Assembly (NCBI RefSeq): GCF_011386835.1
Contig: NC_088794.1
Location: 9,796,001-9,860,000 of the forward strand
DNA: 64,000 bases
Direction of reading: 5' to 3'
Source of the DNA: Chrysemys picta bellii
Taxonomy: Eukaryota
Made by a program: the position numbers and the translations under genes. The first letter of the stretch is position 1. Each line of letters opens with the position of its first letter. Positions 1 to 16,239 of this stretch are shown piece after piece. Below the pieces are notes generated by a model. That model saw nothing but the letters and a program-made list of their open reading frames with translations. It did no database searches and was not told the origin of the DNA.

Positions 1-689
1 TGAATCTACTGCCTTATGGAACCACAATTTGAATATGTAACTAAAACCAAGTATAAAGTGGTGTGCATTACTGAAACAGTGTTTAAAATGCCTTAAAGTG
101 GGACTAACTAGTTTTTCCCAGGGAGGTAAAAACCATGATTTTACCTGGTTTAAAGAAAACACCTCTGATAAATACCATGCTATCCCTGGTGTGCATGGGG
201 GTGGAGGAAAGGATGGGTGAGCGTACATAGCAGTGATTGGGGGCGAGAGGGGGGAGAGTGCATGGGGATGAATGGGTGGAGGGATAGGAGGGGTGGGTGT
301 TCATAAGGGTGGCATAGTGTGGTGGTGGGATGGGTGGGGATCATGGTGGTGGATGGTTGTAGCAATGGGGCGTGGGATGGCAGTGGGTGAGTGGAGGCAT
401 GGGGAGATGTGGGAGGAGGTGCATGGTGGTGGAGGGGATGGGTGAGCAGGCATGGTAGTGGATGGGTTCTGCTAGGGCTGCTGTGAAGGGAATCCAAGAC
501 TTTGTGCTCGGGATCCCTGGGGTCTTTCAAACACCCAGAGCCTGAACAGAGTCCAGCTACTGCCCCAATCTCAGGGTCCCTAGGCACACACTCAGAGCAC
601 CGACCTGCTATCTGACACCTCCCTGTGAGTGTTGGAACCCACTGTCCAGCCACCTACCCTCTCTAGGCTCCCCAGTACTTGAACTCATT

Positions 690-895
690 TGTCACAGACC
701 CACGGGATCGGTGCTAGGCCCCAGTTTTTAAACAGTGCTTGGAACCCTTCAGTGCACCAGACCTCCAAGGGGTCCCACTCTTCCTTCAGGGCAGGCCCCC
801 CGGCCTCACTGCCTCTGAGATGGAGCTTCTGGCCTCCAGCCCCCTTGCTCCACCCAGTGAGCTCTGCCCTGCGAGCTGACGTGGCCGTGGTTCGG
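690..895 (-). mobile_element. LTR 3'-end fragment (same family as 19672-20502)
   Basis: Begins TGTCACAGACCCACGGGATC..CTAGGCCCCAG, which is the reverse complement of the 3' end of the LTR at 19672-20502. Confidence 0.75.
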
Positions 896-949
896 TGAAG
901 GGCAGCTGGCCTCAGTTGCGCTGTCCTCTCGCTCTCTCTGCAGGGTGTG

Positions 950-3900
950 ATGTTCCCTGCCCTGCACCATCTCCGCCTGGGCGCCCGCCCCACGCTCGGT
1001 GCCACGCGGGCAGGTGGCTCTCCCCGGGGGTACCTGTCCCAGGAGAACGAGCAGCGGTGCCGAGGGCTGCTGGAGACCTCCACCAGACGCTACCGGCAGG
1101 AGGCGGTGGCTGCGGCTGTGCTGGTGACACTGTGTTCTGTGAGCGGGTACCCTGCGCTGCTGTACACGCTGCGCTCCAGCACGCTGACGGGCCATCACAA
1201 GGGAGATGTCAGGTACCCCGGCCCTCGACTCACTGAGTGCCCTGCTGCCCTGCTCCCCAAGCCCTACCTCCACTGCATGCACAGCGGCCGGTGCCCCTCA
1301 ATTCCAGCCTGCACCCCCTGCCATCCCAGCCCTGGGCTCCCCCCAGAGCTCTGCCGGTGCCCCTCAATCCCGACCCACAGCCCCTACCATCCCAGCCCTG
1401 GGCTCCCCCTAGAGCTCTGCCGGTGCCCCTCAATCCCGACCCACAGACCCTGCTATCCCAGCCCTGGGCTCCCCCTAGAGCTCTGCCAGTGCCCCTCAGA
1501 CCCAACCCACAGCCCCTGCCATCCCAGCCCTGGGCTCCCCCTAGAGCTCTGCCGGTGCCCCTCAATCCCGACCCACAGACCCTGCCATCCCAGCCCTGGG
1601 CTCCCCCTAGAGCTCTGCCAGTGCCCCTCAGACCCAACCCACAGCCCCTGCCATCCCAGCCCTGGGCTCCCCCTAGAGCTCTGCCGGTGCCCCTCAATCC
1701 CGACCCACAGCCCCTACCATCCCAGCCCTGGGCTTCCCCTAGAGCTCTGCCGGTGCCCCTCAATCCCAACCCACAGACCCTGCCATCCCAGCCCTGGGCT
1801 CCCCCTAGAGCTCTGCCGGTGCCCCTCAATCCCAACCCACAGACCCTGCCATCCCAGCCCTGGGCTCCCCCTAGAGCTCTGCCGATGCCCCTCAATCCCG
1901 ACCCACAGACCCTGCCATCCCAGCTCTGGGCTTCCCCTAGAGCTCTGCCGGTGCCCCTCAATCCCGACCCACAGCCCCTGCCATCCCAGCCCTGGGCTCC
2001 CCCTAGAGCTCTGCCGATGCCCCTCAGACCCGACCCACAGCCCCTGCCATCCCAGCCCTGGGCTCCCCCTAGAGCTCTGCCAGTGCCCCTCAATCCCGAC
2101 CCACAGCCCCTGCCATCCCAGCCCTGGGCTTCCCCTAGAGCTCTGCCGATGCCCCTCAGACCCGACCCACAGCCCCTGCCATCCCAGCCCTGGGCTCCCC
2201 CTAGAGCTCTGCCGATGCCCCTCAGACCTGACCCACAGCCGCTGCCATCCCAGCCCTGGCCTATCCCCACCCCTCCCACAGCTCTGCCGGTGCCCCTCAA
2301 TCCCGACCCACACCCGCTGCTATCCCAGCCCTGGGCTCCCCCTAGAGCTCTGCCAGTGCCCCTCAGACCCAACCCACAGCCGCTGCTATCCCAGCCCTGG
2401 GCTATCCCCACCCCTCCCACAGCTCTGCCGGTGCCCCTCAATTCCAGCCTGCAACCCCTGCTATCCGAGCCCTGGGCTCCCGCCAGAGCTCCGGTGCCCC
2501 TCAATCCCGACCCACAGCCCCTGCTATGCCAGCCCTGGGCTACCCCCACCCCTCCACAGCTCTGCTGGTGCCCCTCAATCCCAGCCTTGGGCTCCCTCCC
2601 ACCCCCCTTTACAACCCTACCGGTGCCCCTGAATCCCACCTACATGCCCCTATTATCTCAGCCCAGAGCTACCCCCACACACCTCTGCCGGTGCCCCTCA
2701 ATCCTGACCCACAGCCCCATTATCTCAGCCCAGGGCTCCCCACCCCCGAGCCCTACCGATGCCACTCAATCCCACCTCACAGTCCCCTGCCATCCCGGCC
2801 CTGGACTCTCCTCACGCACAGCCCTGCCAGTGCCCCTCACTCCCGACCCGCAGCCCCTGCCATCCCAGCCCTGGGCTCTCCTCACACACAGCCCTGCCAG
2901 TGCCCCTCACTCTCAACCCGCAGCCCCTGCCATCCCAGCCCTGGGCTCTCCTCACGCACAGCCCTGCCAGTGCCCCTCACTCCCGACCCGCAGCCCCTGC
3001 CATCCCAGCCCTGGGCTCTCCTCACGCACAGCTCTGCCGGTGCCCCTCCACCCCCCCGTTGTTTCAATAGTTAACGGAAGCTCTCCTCTGCAGTGCTGTG
3101 ATAAGTCTGTGCCCCTTTCGCCAGTCCCTGAGCGTCCGGTGCCAGGGTGGAAGAGGCCCCTCCTGCCTGCCACAGCGCCTGGGGCAATGGATCCTGCCTG
3201 CCCTCTAAGGAGACTCTGGTTTTCTTGCTGCAGTTTCCCGGGCGGCAAGTGCGACAGCTCCGACCAGGATGTGATCGCCACAGCGCTGAGGGAGACGCAG
3301 GAAGAGCTGGGCCTGCACTTGGGGGCTGAGAGCGTCTGGGGGGTCATGAAACCCCTACCCACCGGGGTAACACCACTCCGCTCCCCTAGCAGTGTTAGGG
3401 AATCACTGGGGCAGGGCAGTGTGAGGGAAGGGGGGGGAGGTGTCTCTCTGGGGCAGGGTCCTGTGAGGGGAGCGGGGGATCACTTTGGGGCAGGGCGGGT
3501 TTCTCTGGGGTGGGATCATGTGGGAGGAGCAGCATGAAGGGTGGGGTGTTGCTCTGGAGCAGGGTCCCATGGGGGGCAGCCATGTGAGTTGGGGTCCCCT
3601 TGGGGCTGAGGTCCACTGGGTGTGGTAATGTGAGGGGAGGTGCAATGAGGCAGGAGGGTTCTTTTGGGGAGGGGGTGTACTGCACAACAGGGAAGGGTCC
3701 TATGGGGGGGTGCACTGTAAGATGGGGATGTCCCATTGGCAGTGTCTCTGAGGTGGGGTGTGTCACGGGGTGGGGCGCTGTGAGGTAGAGGGCCATAGGG
3801 GCGTCTCAGAGGAGGGAGGCTACTGTGAGATGAAGGGGGAGATGCTGAGATGGAAGGCCACGGGGGGGATCTCTCTGAGGCAGGGTGAGTCCCGTGATAT

Positions 3901-6900
3901 GGGGGTGGTGAGGCAGAGAGGCTATCGAAGGGGGCCCTCTCTGAGGAGGGGGAGATTTGGGGGGGGGTCAGCATTGTGAGGCAGAGGGTCTATGGGGGGT
4001 CATCTGAGGAGGGGAGAATTCAGGGGGGTGGTGCTGTCAGGAGGAGGGTCCATGGGGGGGTCTCTCTGAGGAGGGGGGTGGCACTGCAAGGCAGAGGATC
4101 CATGGGGGGCTCTCCCAGGAGGGGGGAGATTCTGGGTGGGGGCCAGTGCTGTGAAGCAGAGGGTCCATGGGGGGCTCTCCAAGTAGGGGTGGGTTCTGTT
4201 GGGGCTGTGTTGTGAGGCCGAGGGGTCTCTTAGGGAGGATTCCGGGGGGTGGTGCTGGAAGGTGGAGGTGGGTCCTGTGGGCAGGGGGTATCTCTGTGAG
4301 ACAAAGGTGGGTCCCGGAGGGGGGGGGAGGTTCCTAGGGAAGCCAGTGTCAGTGGGGGGGTCTCACTCTGGTTTCCTTCCAGAGGGGACTGACTGTTGCT
4401 CCCGTCCTGGCACATCTGGGCCCCTTGGAGTGTGTGTGTCTGAGCCCCAACCCACAGGAGGTGAGCCCCACGCAGACCCCACCCTGCCATGGCTGTGCCG
4501 CTTGCAGCTGCCCTTAGCACGTGCAGGGCCCCCACCATCCTTCGGATCCCTGGCTAGAGGGCAGCGCCCCAGCCTGGTTAGCGTGCTGGCCTCCTGCAGG
4601 GAGGGAGATCAGCAGAGCCCCTGGCCTATGGGCAGCTGGGGCCAGTGTCACCGTGGACCTGGCTGCCTGCCTCAGGCTCCCCCTGTGCGGAGTGACTCAT
4701 GGTCTGGCCAGAGAGGAGCTTCCCAATCACCCTGGCTGAGTTCCTGCCCTGCCCAGCCCAGAGACCCCCAATCCAGCAACCCAAGACCATTCCAGTGCCC
4801 CTTGCTTGGGGACCCCTCTGCTGCCCAGCAGCTCCCCTCCTGCAGCAACTGGAGCCCCCCACCTAGCAACCCACTCGGGCAGGAGCGCCGCCAGCTTTTC
4901 TGCCGCCCTAGGCGGCGGAAGGTCCCGCCGCTGAAATACTGCCACGGTCGCCGCCCCCCAAATTGTAGCGCCCTAGGCGACCGCCTAGGTCGCCTAATGG
5001 GTTGCGCCGGCCCTGCACTCGGGCAGTGGTGTCCTGGCTGGGGGAGAGCCCATCTCCTGCAGAGAGACCCTGAAGCCTGCTGGGCTACACTTAAATGTTA
5101 GGGTGAGCTACAGCTCTCAGGGGTGTGAAGAGTTCCCCTCCTGCCCCGAGCGCTACAGCTGCACCAGCCTAGTCCCTGGAGCGGACAGGGCTAGGTCGAC
5201 AGAAGACTTCAGAGGACCTAGCAGCCGCTGCTCACAGAGGTGCAGTTCCTGCAGCGATGGAAAAATCCCTCCTTGTAGGAAGTGTCTCTGCTACAGCAGC
5301 ATAGCTGCAGCACCCTTAGCGTAGACATGGCCTGAGAGTTCACTGAAGAATGATGGGGAATCCACCCTGCCCTGGGCACCTTGTACCAAGCATTATTTCC
5401 CCTCCCTATTAGCCATTTGTGCCTCATTTTCAGTCTGACCCCAGCCCTGGGGCCTCACTTTGCCTGTGTCCTTTGGAGATCCTTATAGACCAGAGCAAGT
5501 CGCCTCTTCATCTTCTGTGACTGTGGGAAATTTTTGTAATATGTTTATGAATGCTATGTGTGCCTCAGTTCCCCGGCCACGTACTTTGCAGTACTACCCA
5601 GTGGTGGAAAATGTTAAATGGGAAATTGCACTGAGAAGGTGTGTTTCCAGTAGGTCCCATGGGAATTGGTCCTTGGCCCTACGCTATTTAACATTTTTGT
5701 CAGTGACCTGGAAGAAAAAAACAGAATCATCATTGATAAAGTTTGAAGATGACACAAAAATCAGGGAGTGGTAAATAATGAAGAGGACAGGATCCCAGAT
5801 ACCGAGCGATCTGGGAAACTGGGCGCAAGCAAAGAATCTGTGTTTAAATTACAGGTAAATGTATACATCTAGGGCCAAAAAAAGTAGGGTGTGTTTAGAC
5901 GATGGGGGACTGTATCCTCCGAAGCAGTGACTCTGAAAAGATTTTGGAGTCAGGGTGGGTAGTTAGCTGAACATGAGCTCCCAGGGTGATGCTGTGGCCA
6001 AAAGAGCTAACGTGATCCTGCCTAATCTTGAGTAGGACAAGGGAGGTTATTTTACCCCTTTAGTTGCCACTGGTGTGACCACGGCTGGGTCCAGTTCTGG
6101 AGCCCACACTTCAAGTAAGATTTGGATAAGTTGGAGAAGGTTCAGGGAAGATCTAAATGATTACCTGCCCTATAGTGATAGACTCAAGGTGCTTGATCTA
6201 TTTATCTTAAAGAGAAGATTTTAAGGGGCAACTCAATCACAGTCCATAACTACATACATGGGAAACAAATAGTTAATAAGGGGCTCTTCAGTCTAGCAGA
6301 GAAGGTCTAACAGGATCCAGTGGCTGGAAGTTGAAGCTGGACAAATTCAGACTGGAAATAAGGTGTCAATGTTTAACCGTGAGCGTAATTAACCATTGGA
6401 ACAATTTACCAAGGGTCATGGTGGAGTCTCCATCTCTGGCAATGTTCAAATCAAGACTGATGTTTTGCTAAAAGCTCTGCTCCAGGGATTGTTTGGGGGC
6501 AGTTCCCTGGCCTGGGTTAGACGGGAGGTCACATGAGATGATGACAACAGGCCTTTCAGGCCTTGGAACCTATGAAAGAAGAGTTAAATTTGCATGTGGG
6601 GCAGCACAGGAGACATGAGGTGTGGGGCGTAATGAACAAGGAACGGGCTAGAACTGAGCCATATCAATGCCTAAGCCAAAAAAGACAATCGGAAGCCCTA
6701 GGGACGAGAACGTGCACACGTAGCAACCAAGAGACATGAGGAAGGAGGTTTCCCCCACCTCGGCAGGGACGCAGAGCCAAGGCCAGAGAGGCCGGGAAGG
6801 GATAGGAGGGGGCGTTTGAGAGAGACAGTGTGCTCACGTGAGACAGGACAGACAGAGCCTGAAATCGAGGCTATGCAGCTTGGCTAGTTGATGGCACCGG

Positions 6901-7750
6901 CTTGGCCAGATGGACAGTGTCTTAACCTTTATCTCTCTCTGCTGCCCCAAGAAACTCCCCAGATTGGTTCCAGGTGACTAATAAACCCTGCTGTGTGTGG
7001 AAAAGGCTGCCTGGTGTCGCTGCAAACACTGGTTGGGGTGTATTAGTCCCTGCAGGGTGTAAAAGTCTCTGAGCGGGGGTCTGGCTCAGTGGGATGCGCT
7101 GGGCAGAGCTCATGGGATGGAGCCCAGTGGCTCCCTCTCAGAGGTAGTGAGGCCGCATGGCCTGCCCTGGAGGAAGAGTGGGACCGCTGGGGAGGCTAGC
7201 ACACGGCAGCTCCTAGGGGGAACGGCCAGATGCTGTCCTGCTGCAGCTGTATCTGTGCTCGAGAATACACTCCTCTAGGGGGGAGGGAGGAGGTGGACAT
7301 GGGGCCAGGGAGGCTTGTCAAGGAGGGAGCAGCCGTGGTCCCAGCTGTTCCTCTCCTGAGTCCCTACTCTACTGTAGGGGGTACTGCGTGCTGGGGGCGC
7401 AGGGCACTCGGGTGTGCTGCTTTCCTAGCCCAGCCCAGCCCGTGGGCTGAGGGCCAGGCACAGGGGTAACGGGACCCTGCCGGGCAGGGCAACACCAACA
7501 TGCCCTTTCTGTCTCTCTTTGCCGCCAGGTTGAGGATGTTTTCACCATCCCCCTGTCTCATCTGCTGCAGGCCCAGAACCACGGTTACACCCACTTCTGC
7601 CAGCAGGGCCGCTACAGCTACACGCTGCCCGTCTTCCTCAACGGCCGCTACCGGGTGTGGGGGCTGACGGCCATCATCACGGACCTCACGCTGGAGCTGC
7701 TGGCGCCTAGCACCTACCGCCGGAGAACACGCCCACCCAGCACCCGCTGA
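950..7750 (+). CDS. NUDT8: Nudix hydrolase 8 (CoA diphosphatase), 4 coding exons, 231 aa
   Basis: Exons 950-1212, 3234-3366, 4383-4460 and 7529-7750, all GT-AG and in frame. Translation has LLYTLRSSTLTGHHKGDVS|FPGG (CoA-Nudix motif), Nudix box GGKCDSSDQDVIATALRETQEELGL and C-terminal GYTHFC..YTLPVF..RVWGLTAII. Position tail-to-tail with NDUFV1 matches human synteny. Confidence 0.95.
1250..3050. repeat. 66-bp GC-rich minisatellite in NUDT8 intron 1 (~27 units)
   Basis: Unit CATCCCAGCCCTGGGCTCCCCCTAGAGCTCTGCCGGTGCCCCTCAATCCCGACCCACAGCCCCTGC, period 66 (for example 1322 to 1388). The period is a multiple of 3, which explains the 469-766 aa ORFs. Confidence 0.95.
3400..4340. repeat. G-rich low-complexity, degenerate tandem repeat in NUDT8 intron 2
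   Basis: Recurring GGGGGTCTCTCTGAGGAGGGGG and TGTGAGG motifs. Confidence 0.7.
4880..5015. mobile_element. Non-autonomous hAT-like MITE
   Basis: Perfect 8-bp TSD CACTCGGG (4872-4879, 5016-5023) and imperfect CAGG..GC termini. Confidence 0.8.
5516..7220 (+). mobile_element. Solo LTR (TGTGAC start) interrupted by a CR1 insertion
   Basis: 5' end TGTGACTGTGGGAAATTTTTGTAATATGTTTATGAAT..GTGTGCCTCAGTT and the 3' part match 19672-20502. The 3' boundary is approximate. Confidence 0.7.
5620..6575 (+). mobile_element. CR1 LINE 3' fragment (decayed RT C-terminus and 3' UTR)
   Basis: CTATTTAACATTTTTGTCAGTGACCTGGA, LIKFEDDTKI translation (YADD-like region), and a CR1-type end GGCCTTGGAACCTATGA. Confidence 0.85.
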
Positions 7751-9016
7751 GCCCTCAGCCCACCTGCGCTATGGCCTGCCCTGGCCCCACAGCATGGACA
7801 GAGCCAGCTGGCAGGGCTGGGTGAGGGCCCCCTGGAGGCAGAGAGAGCCAGCGGGGCAGGCTAGGCGAGGTGTCCCCCCATCTCAAGGGCAGAAAGAACA
7901 AGGGGGGCAGGCTGGGTGTGCCCCTCCCAGAGGCATGGGACAGAGCTGAGGGGGTGACTCCAGGAGGGAATTGGGGGCAGTTACACGGTGTCTGGAGGGG
8001 GGATACTGACGAGACCTGCGTGAGCCGTGATGCTGGCAGCTGCTGTATTACATGTGGGGTCTACTCATAAACAAGCCTCCCTGAGCTCAGCGTGCCCTCT
8101 CAGTGCTGGGGGACCCAGGGCCAGGTGCTGCCCCCTGCTGGGCCTCAGCTCCTGCCCTGCAGGAGACACTAACAGGAACTCACGAACAGCCCCCTTCACC
8201 CCACCCCTGCCAGCAACGGGGGCTGGAGCCAGCAACAGAGACTGGGGGAACCCCTGGTGCCCCAGCCTGGCCCCCTGCCAACCACATGTGGGCCCCAGCC
8301 AGGGTCTCTGGGGCCAGTCCTCACCTCCCCACCAGACACTGTGGATGCCCTGCCCACCCCCATTGCCCCCGGCTCTTCTCCCCCCACCCCCCCACATGCA
8401 GTGCCACTCCCCAACCACACACACCCCGCCCTCCCCCCATACTGCAACCTGTTCACTAGGGTCCGGTTTGGGTGAAGTGAGGTCAGAAAACAGCCCAACC
8501 CCGTGGGCTCCGGTCGGATCTGACCGCCGCCTGCTGCCCTTGGGGTTGGCACAGCAGCAGCCACCTGCCCGTCTCTTGCCAGTTGCCGGCCACACTGCGT
8601 GTGCTGCAGAGTGAGCGTGCCGACGAGTCACAGCACCTCGCCGCCGTGCACCCAGGCAGGAGGGGGACACGGCCGCTGCCACACTGAGCTCCCACGCAGG
8701 GACAGATCGCAGGCAGGGGGCCTGGGGGCAGGAAGCCCCCAAGACAAGGAGGTGGCAGCAGCACTGGCTCAGGCTTGGGGGAAGTGTCAGGTCGGGCTTT
8801 CAAATGAGAGCCAAGCAGAGCTCAACTGGTACCAGATCACCCCCAAGAACAGCCAGACTGTCACAGCTGTAAGGGAACCCAACCTGCCGCTCTCCTGGCA
8901 GGGAAGGGGCGGCCGTGTGAGGGACGGCAGCCTGTGGCTCGGCGCCCAGCTGCGCCCTGGCGTTACACAGATGCGCGTTCGCACAGGAAGGAGATACCGG
9001 CTGCCACCACAGCACG

Positions 9017-9022
9017 TTTATT
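9017..9022 (-). terminator. Polyadenylation signal of NDUFV1
   Basis: AATAAA on the minus strand about 280 nt after the stop codon. Confidence 0.75.
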
Positions 9023-9299
9023 GGGGAGCTCACCCAGCAGGGGAGGGTGAGAAGACAGCACAGCCAGGGGGGTCTCCCCCTCATGCAAGAGAAACCCCAA
9101 TAGACACACAGGTAAGTCACCCGCCCCGCACATGCCAGAAAAACCCATCAACACCCAGAGGCACCAAGGGCTGCCCCCATGCGGATCCCAGCCAACGTGT
9201 CAAGTGCTCAGCCCCTCCCGCATGTCGTCATGGGGGAGAGGCGCTGACCATGCACAGAGAGGCGGGATCCGGTCCCCTCCATCACCGGGCACCCAGCCC

Positions 9300-14026
<4,727 letters not shown>

Positions 14027-15629
14027 GGCGGGCGGGTGGGGCCGGGGATCGGGTCTGTCCGGGCCGCGCGCTTCCACCCGTCACCTTCACCCAGCTGTGG
14101 GGGGAGAGGGGTCGGCGTCGCGCGTAAATAACGTCACGTCGCCGGGACCCACTTCCGGCGCATCGGGCCCGGCGTCACGTCCCCGGAAAAGAGGCGGCCC
14201 AGCGCGGAGCCTGCTGGGAGCCGTAGTCCGGGGGCGGGGCTGGGGGAGCCCAGGAAGCCGCGCCCTGAGCACTGACACGCGCTGGCCGCGTGCTCTCGCC
14301 TCTCTGGCCGCTGATTGGCCAGGGCGCTCTGCACCCTGCAGCCCGGCGCGCTGGGGTTGGTTGGTCTCAGCCGAGCCTCCCTGTCTTGCCAGCGAGCGGG
14401 AGAGCCCAGAGCCCGGGGACCAGGGTGGGCACCGCCACGTGGCGCCGGGAGTGACAGACAATGGGAGGCGCGGGGGGTTAGGTCAGCCAGTCCCTCTTCC
14501 ATTTTTTGAAAAATCACCAGGGACCTCACACTTTTTCACCATTGACACTCGTGTCCGTGTACGGACGCGTTGCTGAGCCCTGCGGGCTGGGGCGGCGCTA
14601 TGTATTTTGCCGCCCAGAAGAAAGAACACACAAACACTTAGGAAAACGAAGAAAAACAGGAGCGAAGGCACTATACAACGGAGTGTGCTGGACCGTAAAC
14701 AAAAGATGGCGGCCTTCCGGCTATTACCAGCCCAGGGGGACACTATGCAGGGTGTCACTCCTAGGACGAGTCCCATACGAGTATGAGCTTGGCAGGATTG
14801 CTTCACGACACTGCCATCGCCGACCTCACATTGTCCCCGAATTTATCGGCAGTGCGATTATTTATTTATTTAAATAAGGGATGGAGGCACGGTCAGAATT
14901 TTACCAGTAGCAGCTCGCCAACAAAACGCTGCCTTAAGAGACTGATAGCAGATGTATTTGTAGAAATAGTCATTTTACCAGTGCAATTATCGTTCTTTTC
15001 TCAGCCCTGGCTCCCACCTGTCAATAATGAACAATTAGCGAAGGGTGAGGGTAAGGGTATGCGTGTAGCCAGATGGGTATATTTTTGTCATATTTGAACG
15101 AAAATGTCTCTGTTTAGCGAGAATCTTCTTTTTTCCCATATCTCCTTTATTTATCCACCAAGTTTGATAAAATCTGAAATGGAGTCAGTATTTTCTTTTT
15201 CAGAGGCCCCTCGTATTGGTAGGCCCAATCTGTAGTTTAGTTAGTTTATGTGTTAATCCGGCACTGACTGGCCACAGCTGGAGAGCGCTGGGTGATGGAG
15301 CAGGATGGCCCCTGTGAAGTGGGCTGGGGCTGGGAGTGCTAATTGCAACTCCTGTTTCATGGGCTGTCTCTGCATGGTGAGGGGGACCGGGGTGGGCGTT
15401 GGCAGGTATGGGGCTAGCCTGGTGCTGGGGCAGATAACAATCCAGGGCTTTGGGAGCATCTCCTCCCCACCTCCTGGCCAGGCTGTGCTAATCCCCTTTC
15501 CATCTCCCTCCGCCAGCCCCGCCACGCTAATCTCCTACCATCCCCCCTAATCCTCCCCGTCTCTTTTGCTGCTCTTGTCCAGAGCCTTGCTGTCCTTCAG
15601 CTCCAGATTAACGAATTAGCACTATCCGG

Positions 15630-15935
15630 CTGTGCTAACCCCCTGTTAAATGGACTAAGAAGTGGCTAATGGACGGCGCTCAAAGGAGTGGTCAATGGGG
15701 AATCGCCGTCCAATAGGCGCTTCTGCAGGGATCGGCACTAGGCCTGACCCTATTTAACGTTTCCATCGACCCGGCAGCAAATATTAAACCTCTGCTGAGG
15801 AGCTGGGCGGCTGGCGCCACTGGGGGTGTGGGAAAGAGTGAGGCGGCCGGGGCAGTCAGACAGCGCCATCGGGAGCGCTTGGTAAACTAGGCGCATTCGA
15901 ACAAAATGCGTTGTAACATGGCCAGATGCAAAGTC
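15630..15935 (+). mobile_element. Decayed CR1 ORF2 fragment
   Basis: Similar to 5620-5860 (GTGGTCAATGGGGAATC, CTATTTAAC, GGTAAACTAGGCGCA..AATGCGTT). Confidence 0.65.
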
Positions 15936-16239
15936 AGCGTGCAGGAGCAAGGCCTGCAGCCCACACTTACAGACCGGGAGTCTGCAGAGGATTTAGGGGG
16001 TAGCACGAGTCTCACACAAGCCCCCTCTCTCCGCTGCTCACTAGACTGCTGGGGGCGGGGTGGGATCCAGTTGCTGGGTTTCCAGGTGTTTTAAGCCTCT
16101 GTCTCAGTCTGGGGGTCCCTAAGCCAACTCTTGGGGTGAAGACCCTCTGGCTAGCACCCCCTCCTGTCCAGGAGCCCAGGCCCTGGGCTCAGAACTGACC
16201 CTTCCCCCTCCACCCCGTAGCTTAAATCCCTCTCCCCTA

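Noticed and set aside
1250-3050. CRISPR-like array interpretation of this and other tandem repeats
   Set aside because: The units are contiguous with no unique spacers, there are no cas genes, and the context is a vertebrate intron.
1213-3537. Long ORFs of 561, 469 and 766 aa over the NUDT8 intron 1 repeat
   Set aside because: They are produced by a 66-bp (multiple of 3) stop-poor minisatellite. Only 950-1212 and 3234-3366 match NUDT8 and have proper splice sites.
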